From contig JAUCZK010000010.1 in the NCBI GenBank assembly GCA_030373145.1, positions 3,679-67,678 on the forward strand: 64,000 nt of DNA. The letters are read 5' to 3'. Under the pieces are notes generated by a model. It did not search any database. It saw only the letters and a program-made list of their open reading frames with translations, and was not told the DNA's origin. This DNA comes from Cyanobium sp. CZS48M (GTDB taxonomy: Bacteria; Cyanobacteriota; Cyanobacteriia; PCC-6307; Cyanobiaceae). This document shows, one piece after another, positions 1 through 9,487 of the stretch (the stretch's first letter is position 1; the number at the start of each line of letters is the position of its first letter). A program made the translations under genes and the position numbers.

Positions 1-155
1 TCGCCGCCAACGAGGCCGAGAAGTCGTCGAACATCACCGTGGTGGATGTGAAGGCCGTGGGCGCCTATGGGCGCCTGACCCTGGCGGGCCGGGAGGGCGA
101 CATCGACGAGGCCGCCGCCGCCGCCATGCGCGCGATCGAGATCATCAACCGCTGA
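1..155 (+). CDS. csoS1D: 3' end of tandem-BMC-domain carboxysome shell protein (CsoS1D/CcmP-like), partial
   Basis: Hand translation from nt 3: AANEAEKSSNITVVDVKAVGAYGRLTLAGREGDIDEAAAAA...; BMC-type C-terminus; convergent with ham1 as in alpha-cyanobacteria. Confidence 0.8.
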   Translation, partial: AANEAEKSSNITVVDVKAVGAYGRLTLAGREGDIDEAAAAAMRAIEIINR

Positions 156-756
156 AGGGTCGGCTGTTGCCGTTCAGGCCCAGGGCCCTGGGCAGATCAG
201 ACGCCAGCGTGCGCAGGGCTTTGGCGCGGCTGCCGAGCTTCTCCAGCTGATGGGGGGGCATCTCGGCGAGGGTGCAGCCGGCCTCGCGCACGTGCAGCAG
301 ACGGTTGTAGCCGTAGCCGGGGGCCTCCACGGGCTGACGCAGGATCTCCCCCCGGCAGATTCCCTCTGCCTCGAGCACGGTGCTGCCGCTGGGGTCAGCC
401 AGGGCCACGGCGCTGATCAGGGCTGCGCTGCGGTAGGGGGTGTCCCCCAGCTCCCGCAGCAGGCGGGCCATGCGCTGCTCATCACCCTGGGCGTAGCGGG
501 CTGAGTACACCCCCGGAGCACCTCCGAGGGCATCCACCGCCAGGCCCGAATCATCGGCCAGGGCCCAGCGACCGGTGATGCGGGCCACGGTTTCGGCCTT
601 CAAGCGGGCGTTCTCAGCGAAGGTGCTGCCGGTTTCCTCCACCTCCAGTCCCTCGGGCTGGGGGATCACCAGCAGATCCAGTGGGGCCAGCATCGCCTCC
701 ATCTCCTGGATCTTGTGGTGGTTGCCGCTGGCGATCACCAGCACGGGCCTGGCCAT
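145..756 (-). CDS. rdgB: RdgB/HAM1 non-canonical purine NTP pyrophosphatase
   Basis: ASGNHHK, EETGSTFAENARLKA, ADDSGLAVDALGGAPGVYSARY motifs. Confidence 0.92.
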   Translation of the reverse strand: MARPVLVIASGNHHKIQEMEAMLAPLDLLVIPQPEGLEVEETGSTFAENARLKAETVARITGRWALADDSGLAVDALGGAPGVYSARYAQGDEQRMARLLRELGDTPYRSAALISAVALADPSGSTVLEAEGICRGEILRQPVEAPGYGYNRLLHVREAGCTLAEMPPHQLEKLGSRAKALRTLASDLPRALGLNGNSRPFSG

Positions 757-762
757 GGAAAC

Positions 763-1179
763 TCAGGCCTGGGTGGCCAGCGGGCGCGGTCCCTGCCGGG
801 GCACGGGGCCGTCGCGGTCGGAGCGGAAGATCAGCTCCAGATCGCCAGCGTGGTCGGGCAGCAGGGAAATCAGCTCGGCAAAGGCCGTCTGGGTCTGGGG
901 CGCCCCCTTGATCATCGTCTCGGAGCTCATCAGCACCACATCCAGCTCGGGGCCATCGGCCTGGGGCTGCACATCGGCAAAGATCTGAACCACCAAGCCC
1001 TGGGGGGGGAGGCGCATCACGCCGCTGAGGTGGGACGGGCCCTGGTGCTCAAATTCGGCATTCAGGCGCTGCAGTGCAGGCATCAGCTTGGGGATCAGCT
1101 CATGGCCCGCCGCCGGCCCCCGGGGCTTGAGCACGATGATCAGACGAGCCATCTCCGCCGCTGCGTTCGAGGTCCGCAT
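763..1179 (-). CDS. hypothetical protein
   Basis: 138-aa ORF co-oriented and tightly packed between SDR and rdgB; start may be at MARLIIVL. Confidence 0.6.
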   Translation of the reverse strand: MRTSNAAAEMARLIIVLKPRGPAAGHELIPKLMPALQRLNAEFEHQGPSHLSGVMRLPPQGLVVQIFADVQPQADGPELDVVLMSSETMIKGAPQTQTAFAELISLLPDHAGDLELIFRSDRDGPVPRQGPRPLATQA

Positions 1180-1209
1180 CCTTGCGCAGCGTCGCCCCCA
1201 GAGGGGCCC

Positions 1210-1908
1210 TCAGCGCTCTCGCTGACAACTGATGGCCAGCTCGAAGGGCACCGCAGTGGTCGGCAGGTCCAGCAGCAGGCTCACCTGGGCGGCCAGATCC
1301 TCCGGCTGGGTCATCTCCTGGGGCGGGATGGCCTCAACCGCTACCGCCATCTCGGTGTTCACCCAGCTCGGGCAAATGGCCGTGACCCGGATACCCGCCT
1401 CCCAGCCCTCCTGGCGCATGCAGTCGCAGAGGGCCATCAGGGCGAATTTGCTGGTGGCGTAGGCCGCCAGACCCCCCTTCACCCGCTTGCCGCTCATCGA
1501 GACCAGCGTGATGATCCGCCCCTGGCCACTGCGCGCCAGCCAGGGCCAGGCCGCCCGCGTCAGCCACCACGGGCCCATCAGGTTCACGGCCCACAGCCTC
1601 TCCGGCTCCGCCGCCGCCGCCGCGTCAAACAACAGCCCGGCGCGGGAGAACACTCCGGCGCAGTGGATCAGACCATCGATCGCACCAAAACGCTCGGCCG
1701 TGGCCGCCACCCAGGCCTCGGCACTGGCCGGCTCGGTGGCCTCATAAGGGTGCAGAAGCAAAGGCGCCGAGGCCTGCAGTGGCGTGCCCTCCAACGCCTG
1801 GGGGGAGCGCACCCCCAGGCTCAGGCGGTGGCCCTCAGCCGCAAGGCGCGTGGCGATCGCCCGGCCGATGCCGCGGCTAGCGCCACTGATCAACAACGTG
1901 CGAGGCAT
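1210..1908 (-). CDS. SDR family NAD(P)-dependent oxidoreductase
   Basis: ISGASRGIG (GxxxGxG), HCAG, YATSK (YxxxK). Confidence 0.92.
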   Translation of the reverse strand: MPRTLLISGASRGIGRAIATRLAAEGHRLSLGVRSPQALEGTPLQASAPLLLHPYEATEPASAEAWVAATAERFGAIDGLIHCAGVFSRAGLLFDAAAAAEPERLWAVNLMGPWWLTRAAWPWLARSGQGRIITLVSMSGKRVKGGLAAYATSKFALMALCDCMRQEGWEAGIRVTAICPSWVNTEMAVAVEAIPPQEMTQPEDLAAQVSLLLDLPTTAVPFELAISCQRER

Positions 1909-2118
1909 TCAGCCCTGGTGGTAGGCCGGGTCGAGCCAGCAGCGGGGCATCGCTTCATCCGAGGGGAACACCAGGTCGGTCTTGGTGAACGACTGTGGAT
2001 CCTGCATCTCCTCGCCAGCGTGGAAGCGCCCGCTCAGGCAAGCGGCGAAGGGGTCCATCAATTGCTTGACATCGAGCACCTCCACCAAGCTGCCGTCGGG
2101 ACGGTACTTCAGGAACAT
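1909..2118 (-). CDS. small conserved cyanobacterial protein (often labelled acetyltransferase, function unknown)
   Basis: MFLKYRPDGSLVEVLD...GRFHAGEEMQDP...LVFPSDEAMPRCWLDPAY. Confidence 0.7.
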   Translation of the reverse strand: MFLKYRPDGSLVEVLDVKQLMDPFAACLSGRFHAGEEMQDPQSFTKTDLVFPSDEAMPRCWLDPAYHQG

Positions 2119-2174
2119 GGGGCCCTCCAGGGGATCTACCTCCGCTGTAGATCCGCCCCGGGCTCTCTGGAGCA

Positions 2175-3788
2175 TCAGCGTGGTGGAGCGTCACCGACTG
2201 AGCGGACGCCACGGAGGGAGCGCCGTTGCGCCCAGGCCGCCGCAGCGAACACCGCGGCCATCACCAGATACCCGAGAGCCCAGTCGGCACCGGTGCCCCA
2301 GCCCAGGTTCAAAACTGTGTCGGCGGGGGTGAAACGCCAGGCGTGGATCAGCCCGAACCAGGACCCGGCAGCCGCCACGAACGCACAGGTCGAGGCCGCC
2401 AGGAAGCGCCGCTCGATCACGTACACCAGCAGAGCTGAGAGCAGCATCGCCGCCACGATCTGACCCTGCTCTAGGGCGAAGGCTCCCGCCGCCCAGACGT
2501 CGGCCTGCTGCAGCGGCAGTAGCAGAGCGGGGCCGAAGGGTGGCCCCGCCGTGCCGGCACCGCCGGCACGCAGCCCGGCTTTGAGCAGCAGGGCACCCCA
2601 GCCCGCCAGCCCCGGCAGCATCCCCAGCACCACGGCCGGGGCGTGGGCCGCAGGGGTGGCCTGGAAGCACTGGGCGGCGATCACGATGCCGATGTAGAGC
2701 ACGATCGCCATGCCGGCCTCGATCGGCACCAGCTGGCCCACCAACCCGAACAGGCCGAACAGGCAGCCCAGACCCATCAGCAGCCCGTTCAGCCAGGAGT
2801 AGCCGATCCTGGCGCCCATCCCCTTCCAGCCGGGATGGCCGATGTAGATGGTGGTGGGGAAGCAGGAGCCCAGCAGCGCCGCCGCGATCGTGCCCACGCC
2901 ATTGATCAGCAGCGATCCCTTCACGGGATAGCGGTCGCCGGCGGCCTCGGCGCTCTCCAGGTTCTGCAGTGAACCGAGGATGTTGAACAGTCCCATCGGC
3001 ACGATCACGCCGATCCAGGGCAGCAGCTGGTCACGGGCCTGCCAGAGAGCCCCCAGCTGAAGCCTGGGTCCATGCCAGCCCACATGGGCGGCATTGGCCT
3101 GCCAGCTGATGGGATCCAGGCTCAGCAAGCCAGTGGCCGCCGCCAGGACGATGCCGAGCAGCACCGCCAGCAGGCCTCCTGGGATGGGCAGGCGCAGGTT
3201 CCCGTAGTAGGTGAGCAGGATCACCGCCAGCACCGCCAGCCCCACCACGGGATGGGCGTAGGTGCGCAGCAGGAAGCCAAGGGCGATGTAGCCCAGAGCA
3301 ATGCCGGCCAGGGTGGAGAGCAGGGCTGCCCGCGGCAGCCAGCGCCGCAGCCCTCCCACACACCAGGCCCCCGCCGATTCGATCACCCCCGAACCCAGGC
3401 AGGCCATCAATCCCGCCTGCCACGAGAGCCGTACGGCCTCAGCGTCACTCAGACCCTGGCCGAGGGCCGTGAGCTTCACCGGCAGCATCACCAGGAACAC
3501 ATAGGCGAACAGGCTCACCGTGTTGATGCCGTAGGGCAAGGCGGTGCGGTCGGAGCGGCGCTCCAGCCGGCCGAGCCGATGGGCCTGCCAGGCATAGGCG
3601 GCATTGCCCACCAGCAGGCTCATACCTGTGGCCGGAAGGATCACCCCGAAGATCAAGCGATCGGGGTAACCGAGCACGCCCCGGCAGAGGCTGAGGATCA
3701 GCAGGATCTGGATCAGGTTGTCCAGTCCGAGTCCGAGCAGCCCGTCCCAGTCGCCGGGCACCAGCCAGCGGGGTCCCCTCTCCTGCAT
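2175..3788 (-). CDS. NCS2/AzgA-like xanthine-uracil-vitamin C permease family protein
   Basis: More than 12 hydrophobic segments; GDWDGLLGLGLDNLIQ, ALPYGINT, PTTIYIGHPGWK; start uncertain (3788-3812). Confidence 0.8.
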   Translation of the reverse strand: MQERGPRWLVPGDWDGLLGLGLDNLIQILLILSLCRGVLGYPDRLIFGVILPATGMSLLVGNAAYAWQAHRLGRLERRSDRTALPYGINTVSLFAYVFLVMLPVKLTALGQGLSDAEAVRLSWQAGLMACLGSGVIESAGAWCVGGLRRWLPRAALLSTLAGIALGYIALGFLLRTYAHPVVGLAVLAVILLTYYGNLRLPIPGGLLAVLLGIVLAAATGLLSLDPISWQANAAHVGWHGPRLQLGALWQARDQLLPWIGVIVPMGLFNILGSLQNLESAEAAGDRYPVKGSLLINGVGTIAAALLGSCFPTTIYIGHPGWKGMGARIGYSWLNGLLMGLGCLFGLFGLVGQLVPIEAGMAIVLYIGIVIAAQCFQATPAAHAPAVVLGMLPGLAGWGALLLKAGLRAGGAGTAGPPFGPALLLPLQQADVWAAGAFALEQGQIVAAMLLSALLVYVIERRFLAASTCAFVAAAGSWFGLIHAWRFTPADTVLNLGWGTGADWALGYLVMAAVFAAAAWAQRRSLRGVRSVGDAPPR

Positions 3789-3860
3789 GGCCATGGCCCC
3801 TGCTCGCCCCATGATCCTGAAGGCAGAAGCGGCGGCTGTGAACCCTTGTGACCCTGGCTC

Positions 3861-4508
3861 TCAGCGGTGCTCGATCAGTTCCGCCAGGGGGTAACGCACC
3901 TTCGCGAGGCTGGAGTACTTGTCGTTGGCGCTGCGGTAGCCGGCGGCGCAGACCACACAACTGCGGTAAGGGGTGCCCTCAAGGGCCAGCAGGCGGTCGT
4001 AATCGGGCGGGGAAAAGCCTTCGATCGGGCAGGTGTCGACCCCGAGCAGGGCCGCCGCCGTCATGAAATTGCCCAGGGCGATGTACGTCTGATTGCTCGA
4101 CCAGACCTCGATCCGGGCGCTGCGGGGACCTGCCACCAGGTCGTTGTGCATCAGCTCGCGGTAGCCGGCCAACTGCTCTGGATCCAGACCGCGGGCAGCG
4201 GCGGTGGCGGTGATCAAGCGGTCGAGATCACTGTCCTCGATCCGGCGCCGTGCCAGGAACACCACCAGATGGGAGGCCTCGGTGATCTGGGCCTGGTTCC
4301 AGGAAAACGGCCGCAACTCCGTGCGCAGAGCCGGATCGTCGATGACCAGGAATGTCCAGGGCTGCAGGCCATAGGACGAGGGGGTGAGAACCAGCGCCTG
4401 CTCGAGGGACTCCCATGTCTCCGTGGGGATTTTGCGCTCGCTGTCGAACAGCTTGGTGGCATAGCGCCACATCAACGAGTCGAGCAGATCCGTATTCGCG
4501 ATCGGCAC
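3861..4508 (-). CDS. NAD(P)H-dependent nitroreductase (NfsB-like)
   Basis: WRYATKLFD, TPSSYGLQPW, GVDTCPIEGF motifs; GTG start at 4508 inferred. Confidence 0.88.
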   Translation of the reverse strand: MPIANTDLLDSLMWRYATKLFDSERKIPTETWESLEQALVLTPSSYGLQPWTFLVIDDPALRTELRPFSWNQAQITEASHLVVFLARRRIEDSDLDRLITATAAARGLDPEQLAGYRELMHNDLVAGPRSARIEVWSSNQTYIALGNFMTAAALLGVDTCPIEGFSPPDYDRLLALEGTPYRSCVVCAAGYRSANDKYSSLAKVRYPLAELIEHR

Positions 4509-4561
4509 GGGGTTCTCCTGTAAAGAAAATCTTAAGGAGCTTGGATCGGCCGGTGGCGCTT

Positions 4562-4810
4562 GTGCCAACCTTGGTCCCGTCACAAGCACGGTGGGACCGG
4601 GTGGAGCACTGTTCCTTCACTGGCCAGGCGATCTGGCTCAGGCGTTCCAGGGTTGAAGCGCTGCGCAGCAGGCTCAACAACCTGCAATCAAATTTGCAGA
4701 GCCAAATTCAATCTTTGCCGCTGGGCAACGAGAGCTGGCTCGACACGGAGCGGGAGCTCAATGCGGCAGAAGCTGCCCTGTCCCAGTTGGGGGACTGGGG
4801 GCTGGGCTGA
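4562..4810 (+). CDS. small hypothetical (coiled-coil) protein
   Basis: LRSRLNNLQSNLQSQIQSLPLGNESWLDTERELNAAEAAL; fills the gap divergent from the nitroreductase; start uncertain. Confidence 0.5.
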   Translation: MPTLVPSQARWDRVEHCSFTGQAIWLRRSRVEALRSRLNNLQSNLQSQIQSLPLGNESWLDTERELNAAEAALSQLGDWGLG

Positions 4811-4820
4811 ACAACGGACC

Positions 4821-5171
4821 TCAGCGACTGCAGAGAAACTCCTCCGGGGAGCCCACCAGCAAGCTGAACTTGGGTCGCTCGGGGTCGGCGGCAGACCAGA
4901 ACCACTTGCCGTCGGAGTAGCTGGGAGCGCCATGGGTGTTGGTGCGCGGCAGCTGCAAGCTCAGATCGCGCCAACGCAGCACCACGAAGGCACCCGGAAC
5001 GGTGCCGGCACTGGTGTTGGGGATGCCCGGTGCGTCAACGGCACCGGCATGGACTTCGGCCAGCATGGGATCTCCGGCGCAGAGGTAACGCTCCGGCGGA
5101 GCGGCCCAGGCGGGAGGCACAACAAAGCCGCCCAGAAGCAGGGCGGCCAGCAGAACAGCAAACAAGCGCAT
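4821..5171 (-). CDS. secreted hypothetical protein
   Basis: Signal peptide MRLFAVLLAALLLGGFVVPPAWA; two Cys. Confidence 0.65.
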   Translation of the reverse strand: MRLFAVLLAALLLGGFVVPPAWAAPPERYLCAGDPMLAEVHAGAVDAPGIPNTSAGTVPGAFVVLRWRDLSLQLPRTNTHGAPSYSDGKWFWSAADPERPKFSLLVGSPEEFLCSR

Positions 5172-5211
5172 GGCAACGGAGGGGCTCAGCGAGTGCTGAG
5201 CCCAGCGCAGA

Positions 5212-5496
5212 TCAACCGATGCCGAGCAGACCACGGGTGAAGGCCTCGCCGCCCAGGGCGAATTCAGTGGCCAGCAGGGCGATGAAGCCGAGCATGGCCA
5301 TGCGGCCGTTGAGCTTCTCGGCGCGCTCGTGGAATCCCCAGCCGCTCTCGGGGCTCACCACTTCCATGCGCGGCTCAGTGGCGAAGGCATTGAGGCGGCC
5401 GCCGTCTTCGGTGGTGACGGTGGCGCCGCGGATGGTGGCTCGCTCGCTGGCGGTCACAGGAGCCGAGCTGGGGGCGGTGGTGGTGGCTTGAGCCAT
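5212..5496 (-). CDS. hli: high light-inducible protein (HLIP)
   Basis: AEKLNGRMAMLGF chlorophyll-binding motif (ExxNGRxAM). Confidence 0.92.
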   Translation of the reverse strand: MAQATTTAPSSAPVTASERATIRGATVTTEDGGRLNAFATEPRMEVVSPESGWGFHERAEKLNGRMAMLGFIALLATEFALGGEAFTRGLLGIG

Positions 5497-5520
5497 GGGG
5501 ATCTCCGTTTCGATGAACTC

Positions 5521-5538
5521 AATGTAACACATTGTTGC
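5521..5538 (-). promoter_or_regulatory. HLR1-like (RpaB-type) site upstream of hli
   Basis: Minus strand GCAACAAT-GT-GTTACATT; second half matches (G/T)TTACA(T/A)(T/A) exactly, first half is degenerate. Confidence 0.5.
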
Positions 5539-5606
5539 GGATCATTACAAGCCTCCCCAGGCCTGCCGACTCGCCATCATCAACAACAGATCCCATCAGC
5601 TCCTAC

Positions 5607-7166
5607 GTGTCCGCCCCCCCCTCCAGCTGTGATCTGGTCGTGATCGGCAGCGGTCTCGGCGGGCTGAGCTGCGCCGGCCTGGCCGCCCTGCATGGGCTCG
5701 ATGTGGTGGTGCTCGAAGCCCACGACCGCGCCGGCGGGGCCGCCCATGGTTTCGAGAGGCGCGGCTTCCAGTTCGAATCGGGGCCTTCGCTCTGGAGCGG
5801 TCTGGGCCGCTGGCCCAGCAGCAACCCCCTCGCCCAGGTGCTGCGCGCCCTCGGCGAAAGCGTGCCCGTCGCCACGTATCACGACTGGGGGCTGCTGCTG
5901 CCGGAGGGTTCCCTGCGAATTGGTGTGGGGCCCGAGCCCTTCATCGCCACGGTCCGTGAGCTGAGGGGGCTGGCCGCCGCCGAGGAATGGAGCGCCTTCA
6001 TGACCTGGCTCCAGCCCTACAGCCAAGCCGCCCTGGCCCTGCCACTGCTGGCCCTGCGCCCTGGTCTGGGCATGGCCGCCGTGCTGGGAGTGCGCCGCTC
6101 CGCCCGGCTGGCCCGGCTGGCCCCGCAGCTGGCCGCCCTGGGGGGCGCCTTCGGGCCGATGGCACGCCGTCACCTGCGTGATCCCTTCCTGCTGCATTGG
6201 GTGGACCTGCTCTGTTTCCTGATCTCGGGCCTGCCGATGGATCAGACCAGCGCCGCCGCCATGGCGACCCTGTTCGCCGACTGGTTCGACCCCGGCGCCT
6301 GTCTGGAATACCCCCTCGGCGGCAGCCCCGCTGTGGTGGCCGCCCTGGTGCGGGGCCTGGAGCGCCACGGCGGAGCCCTGCACACCAGCTGCCCCGTGGC
6401 CGAGATCATCCTGGAGGGGGGTTCCGCCCGGGGGGTGCGCCTGGGTGATGGCCAGCTGATCCGCGCCCGGCGCGGGGTGGTGAGCAACGCCAGCCCCTGG
6501 GACACCCTCGCCCTGCTGCCCCCTGGATCTGGCCACAGCCGTTGGCGCCAGCAGCGAGCCGCCACTCCGGCCTGCGCCAGCTTTCTGCACCTGCACATGG
6601 GCCTGCGCGGCGAGGGGCTGCAGGATCTGCCGGTCCACCACGTCTGGGTGGGCGACTGGGAGCGGGGGATCGGCGCCGAGCGCAACATGCTGGTGCTCTC
6701 GATGCCGTCGCTACTGGATCCCTCCCTGGCCCCCCAGGGTCAGCAGGTGCTGCACGGCTACACCCCGGCCAACGAACCCTGGGAGCTGTGGCAAGACCTG
6801 GAGCCTGGAACGGAGGCCTACGAGCAGCTCAAGCGCGAACGCTGTGCCCTCTTCCGCCAGGTGCTCGGCGGCATCATTCCCGATCTGGAGGAGCGTGTGG
6901 TGATCGAACTCCACGGCACCCCCCGCAGCCACCAACGCTTCCTGCGGGTGCATCAGGGCAGCTACGGCCCGGCCCTGGGGGCCGGCCAGGGGACCTTCCC
7001 CTCCGGATCCACGCCGATCGAGGGGCTCAGCCTCTGCGGGGCGGGGGTGTTCCCCGGCATCGGCGTGCCGCCGGTGGCGGTCAGCGGGGCGATGGCCGCC
7101 CATGGCTTCGTTCCCGTTTCCCGGCACAGGGAACTGCTGGAGAGCCTGGATCTGCTCAGGCCCTGA
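5607..7166 (+). CDS. FAD-dependent oxidoreductase, phytoene desaturase/carotenoid isomerase (CrtH-like) family
   Basis: DLVVIGSGLGG, FESGPSL, CGAGVFPGIGVPPV; GTG start at 5607 inferred (ORF extends to 5532). Confidence 0.85.
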   Translation: MSAPPSSCDLVVIGSGLGGLSCAGLAALHGLDVVVLEAHDRAGGAAHGFERRGFQFESGPSLWSGLGRWPSSNPLAQVLRALGESVPVATYHDWGLLLPEGSLRIGVGPEPFIATVRELRGLAAAEEWSAFMTWLQPYSQAALALPLLALRPGLGMAAVLGVRRSARLARLAPQLAALGGAFGPMARRHLRDPFLLHWVDLLCFLISGLPMDQTSAAAMATLFADWFDPGACLEYPLGGSPAVVAALVRGLERHGGALHTSCPVAEIILEGGSARGVRLGDGQLIRARRGVVSNASPWDTLALLPPGSGHSRWRQQRAATPACASFLHLHMGLRGEGLQDLPVHHVWVGDWERGIGAERNMLVLSMPSLLDPSLAPQGQQVLHGYTPANEPWELWQDLEPGTEAYEQLKRERCALFRQVLGGIIPDLEERVVIELHGTPRSHQRFLRVHQGSYGPALGAGQGTFPSGSTPIEGLSLCGAGVFPGIGVPPVAVSGAMAAHGFVPVSRHRELLESLDLLRP

Positions 7167-7208
7167 GCCCACGGCACGTACTCTTCCCCCAGTGCGACAG
7201 ATCAGCGG

Positions 7209-7898
7209 GTGCTGAAGGGCAGTGACAACCGGGTCGAGGAACTGAAGGCCCTGGGCTGGTCAGCGGAGGACCTGCGCAAGTTTGAGGAACTCTGGGAGTA
7301 CCGCCAGCGCTGGGGTGCGATCAACCTGGAGCTGGAGGACCGCGTCTTCCTGCGTCAGGCCGAGGCGGCCCTGCCCAAACGGGCCGCCCATGGCAAGGGT
7401 GGAGGGCGCAAGACGATCCAGGAGAAATCCCACTACCGCTGGCTCAGTGCCCAGCTGGAGGCCATGCGCAGCAGTTCCGTCGAGACGGGCCTGGAAAACG
7501 GCCGCATCGGTGCCTGGCCGATCGTGCTGGAGGAAGAACTGCGCGCCCTGGCCTACTACCAACCAGTGCTGGGCCTGCCCGACACGCTCAAGGCCAAGGC
7601 CCTGATCCCCGCCCGGGAGCGCTGGATCGAAGCCGCCGCCGCCCAGGGCGAAACCCTGTCCTTTGATTTCCCCGCCGCCCTCGAGGCCATCCGCCAGAGC
7701 GGCACCCCCAGCTGGAAATCCCTGCGCTCCGAAGCCCCCGAAAATCCTCTGAGCTACCCGGTGCTCGATGCCGAAGCTGCCGCCAGCTTCCGCGCCACCG
7801 TGCGCCAGGAGGTGCTGGCGCTCACCCGCAGCACCTTCCCCTCCCTGGCCGAAACCAGCAAACCTGAACCTCCCGACGACTGGCAGCCCAGCCGCTGA
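7209..7898 (+). CDS. conserved hypothetical protein
   Basis: 229-aa ORF with genome-typical codon use; WEYRQRWGAINLE. Confidence 0.7.
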   Translation: MLKGSDNRVEELKALGWSAEDLRKFEELWEYRQRWGAINLELEDRVFLRQAEAALPKRAAHGKGGGRKTIQEKSHYRWLSAQLEAMRSSSVETGLENGRIGAWPIVLEEELRALAYYQPVLGLPDTLKAKALIPARERWIEAAAAQGETLSFDFPAALEAIRQSGTPSWKSLRSEAPENPLSYPVLDAEAAASFRATVRQEVLALTRSTFPSLAETSKPEPPDDWQPSR

Positions 7899-7940
7899 CG
7901 ATCTGGCGGAGGATCAGGGGGAGCTGTCGATCCACTCACC

Positions 7941-9479
7941 ATGCTGACGATCATGCCCATGGGTGATTCGATCACCCATGGGTTCACTGTTCCAGGTGGT
8001 TATCGCAAGCCACTCGACGAGCTCCTGATCTCCTGGGGGTTACGGGCCGATTTTGTCGGCCGTTACAGCCAGTCGGGCGACACCTCAGCCGACCGGGATC
8101 ACTGGGGACGGCCCGGCTGGGGGATCTCCCGCACCGATGCCACGATCGGCGGCAGGAGTTACGTGTCGCTGCAGGCCAACGAAGGATCCCAGGGTGCGAT
8201 TCGTGACGGGCTGTTCCAGGATCTGAATCAAGCCATCAGCACCAGCTACTTCTCCAGGGACAGAGAGGCGATCAATGTGCTGCTGCTGATGGTCGGCAGC
8301 AATGACATCGTTCATCAGGTGGTGGAGCGGCGGGATGGAGCAGTGGCCGCCGGCGACCGCAACAACGATGGCCAAGGTGAGCAGCAGAACCGCATTGCCG
8401 AAGCCAACATTGATCGTCTCAAGGCCTTCCTCGATGAGGTGAACCGCCTGGCTGCCCGGGAGGAGCTCCAGCTGGAGCTGATTGTGGCCACCATTCCCAC
8501 CATCACCGAGGCCTGGAACCGGGAGCGGCTGAAGGATCCGATCAGTTCCGTCATGCTCCAGGAATTGCGTGAGTACAACGACTTCATTCGCAACACCTTG
8601 CCGGATCTGCGTTTCTCCCAGCTGCGGCTGCGGGTGGTGGATCAGTTCAAGGCCGTCGGCAGCGATCTGATCGATGGTCTGCATCCGTCGAGCCAGGCCT
8701 TTGAACGCATGGCCGCCACCTGGGGGGAGGCTATTGAGCAGGTGGTGGAGGAGCGGGTCCCTGCCCCGATGCCGAGGCCCTTAGTTCATGCCCTCCAGGT
8801 GAATGAGGAGGGGCAGCTGGCGGTGGCGCCTGGCGATGCAGCCATCAGCGGTATCGAGCTCAGCGGCGATGCTGTGGCCGCCGACTCACTGCTGGGCAGC
8901 GCAGAACTCGATCAACTCAGGGGCCTGGGCGGTAACGACAGCTTGCGGGGACTGGTTGGGGACGACCGCTTGTTCGGCAACCAGGGTGACGACCTGATCC
9001 TTGGCAATCAGGGCCACGACTACCTGGTGGGCGGCCAGGGCGATGACTTGATCCGTGGTGGCCGGGGGCGGGATCTGATCAGCGGCGGGCTCGGGTCCGA
9101 CATCCTCTTCGGCGACTTCGGGACCAACATCTTTCTCTCATCAGCTGATGGCAATGCTGACATTCTGGTGATCAGCAGTGAACAATTTCTCGTTAATCCT
9201 TTCCACGCAGACGACGCCAACAACCTGCCGGGGGGGAAGGTGGATGTAATCGAGGCGATCGATGACCTTGACCGGATCGTGATCCTTGGGGTGGACACAG
9301 CCGATCTTTCCCTGGCACCCACCCGCATCACCGACTCTGGCGGACGCGGCCTCGAAGGCCTGGGGATTTTCGCCCGCGGCAGCCTGGAGGCTTTGCTGAT
9401 GGGCAGCAGCCTGGATCCTGGGGTCCTGGCCGGTCGGATCAGCGGAGTGATCAACGAGGATTCCCTCCAGCTGGGTTGA
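7941..9479 (+). CDS. SGNH/GDSL hydrolase with C-terminal RTX-type Ca-binding nonapeptide repeats
   Basis: MGDSITHG (block I), MVGSND (block III), DGLHP (block V); about 8 GxxGxD repeats (GLGGND, GNQGDD, GGQGDD, GGRGRD, GGLGSD). Confidence 0.85.
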   Translation: MLTIMPMGDSITHGFTVPGGYRKPLDELLISWGLRADFVGRYSQSGDTSADRDHWGRPGWGISRTDATIGGRSYVSLQANEGSQGAIRDGLFQDLNQAISTSYFSRDREAINVLLLMVGSNDIVHQVVERRDGAVAAGDRNNDGQGEQQNRIAEANIDRLKAFLDEVNRLAAREELQLELIVATIPTITEAWNRERLKDPISSVMLQELREYNDFIRNTLPDLRFSQLRLRVVDQFKAVGSDLIDGLHPSSQAFERMAATWGEAIEQVVEERVPAPMPRPLVHALQVNEEGQLAVAPGDAAISGIELSGDAVAADSLLGSAELDQLRGLGGNDSLRGLVGDDRLFGNQGDDLILGNQGHDYLVGGQGDDLIRGGRGRDLISGGLGSDILFGDFGTNIFLSSADGNADILVISSEQFLVNPFHADDANNLPGGKVDVIEAIDDLDRIVILGVDTADLSLAPTRITDSGGRGLEGLGIFARGSLEALLMGSSLDPGVLAGRISGVINEDSLQLG

Positions 9480-9487
9480 CCCGGGCC

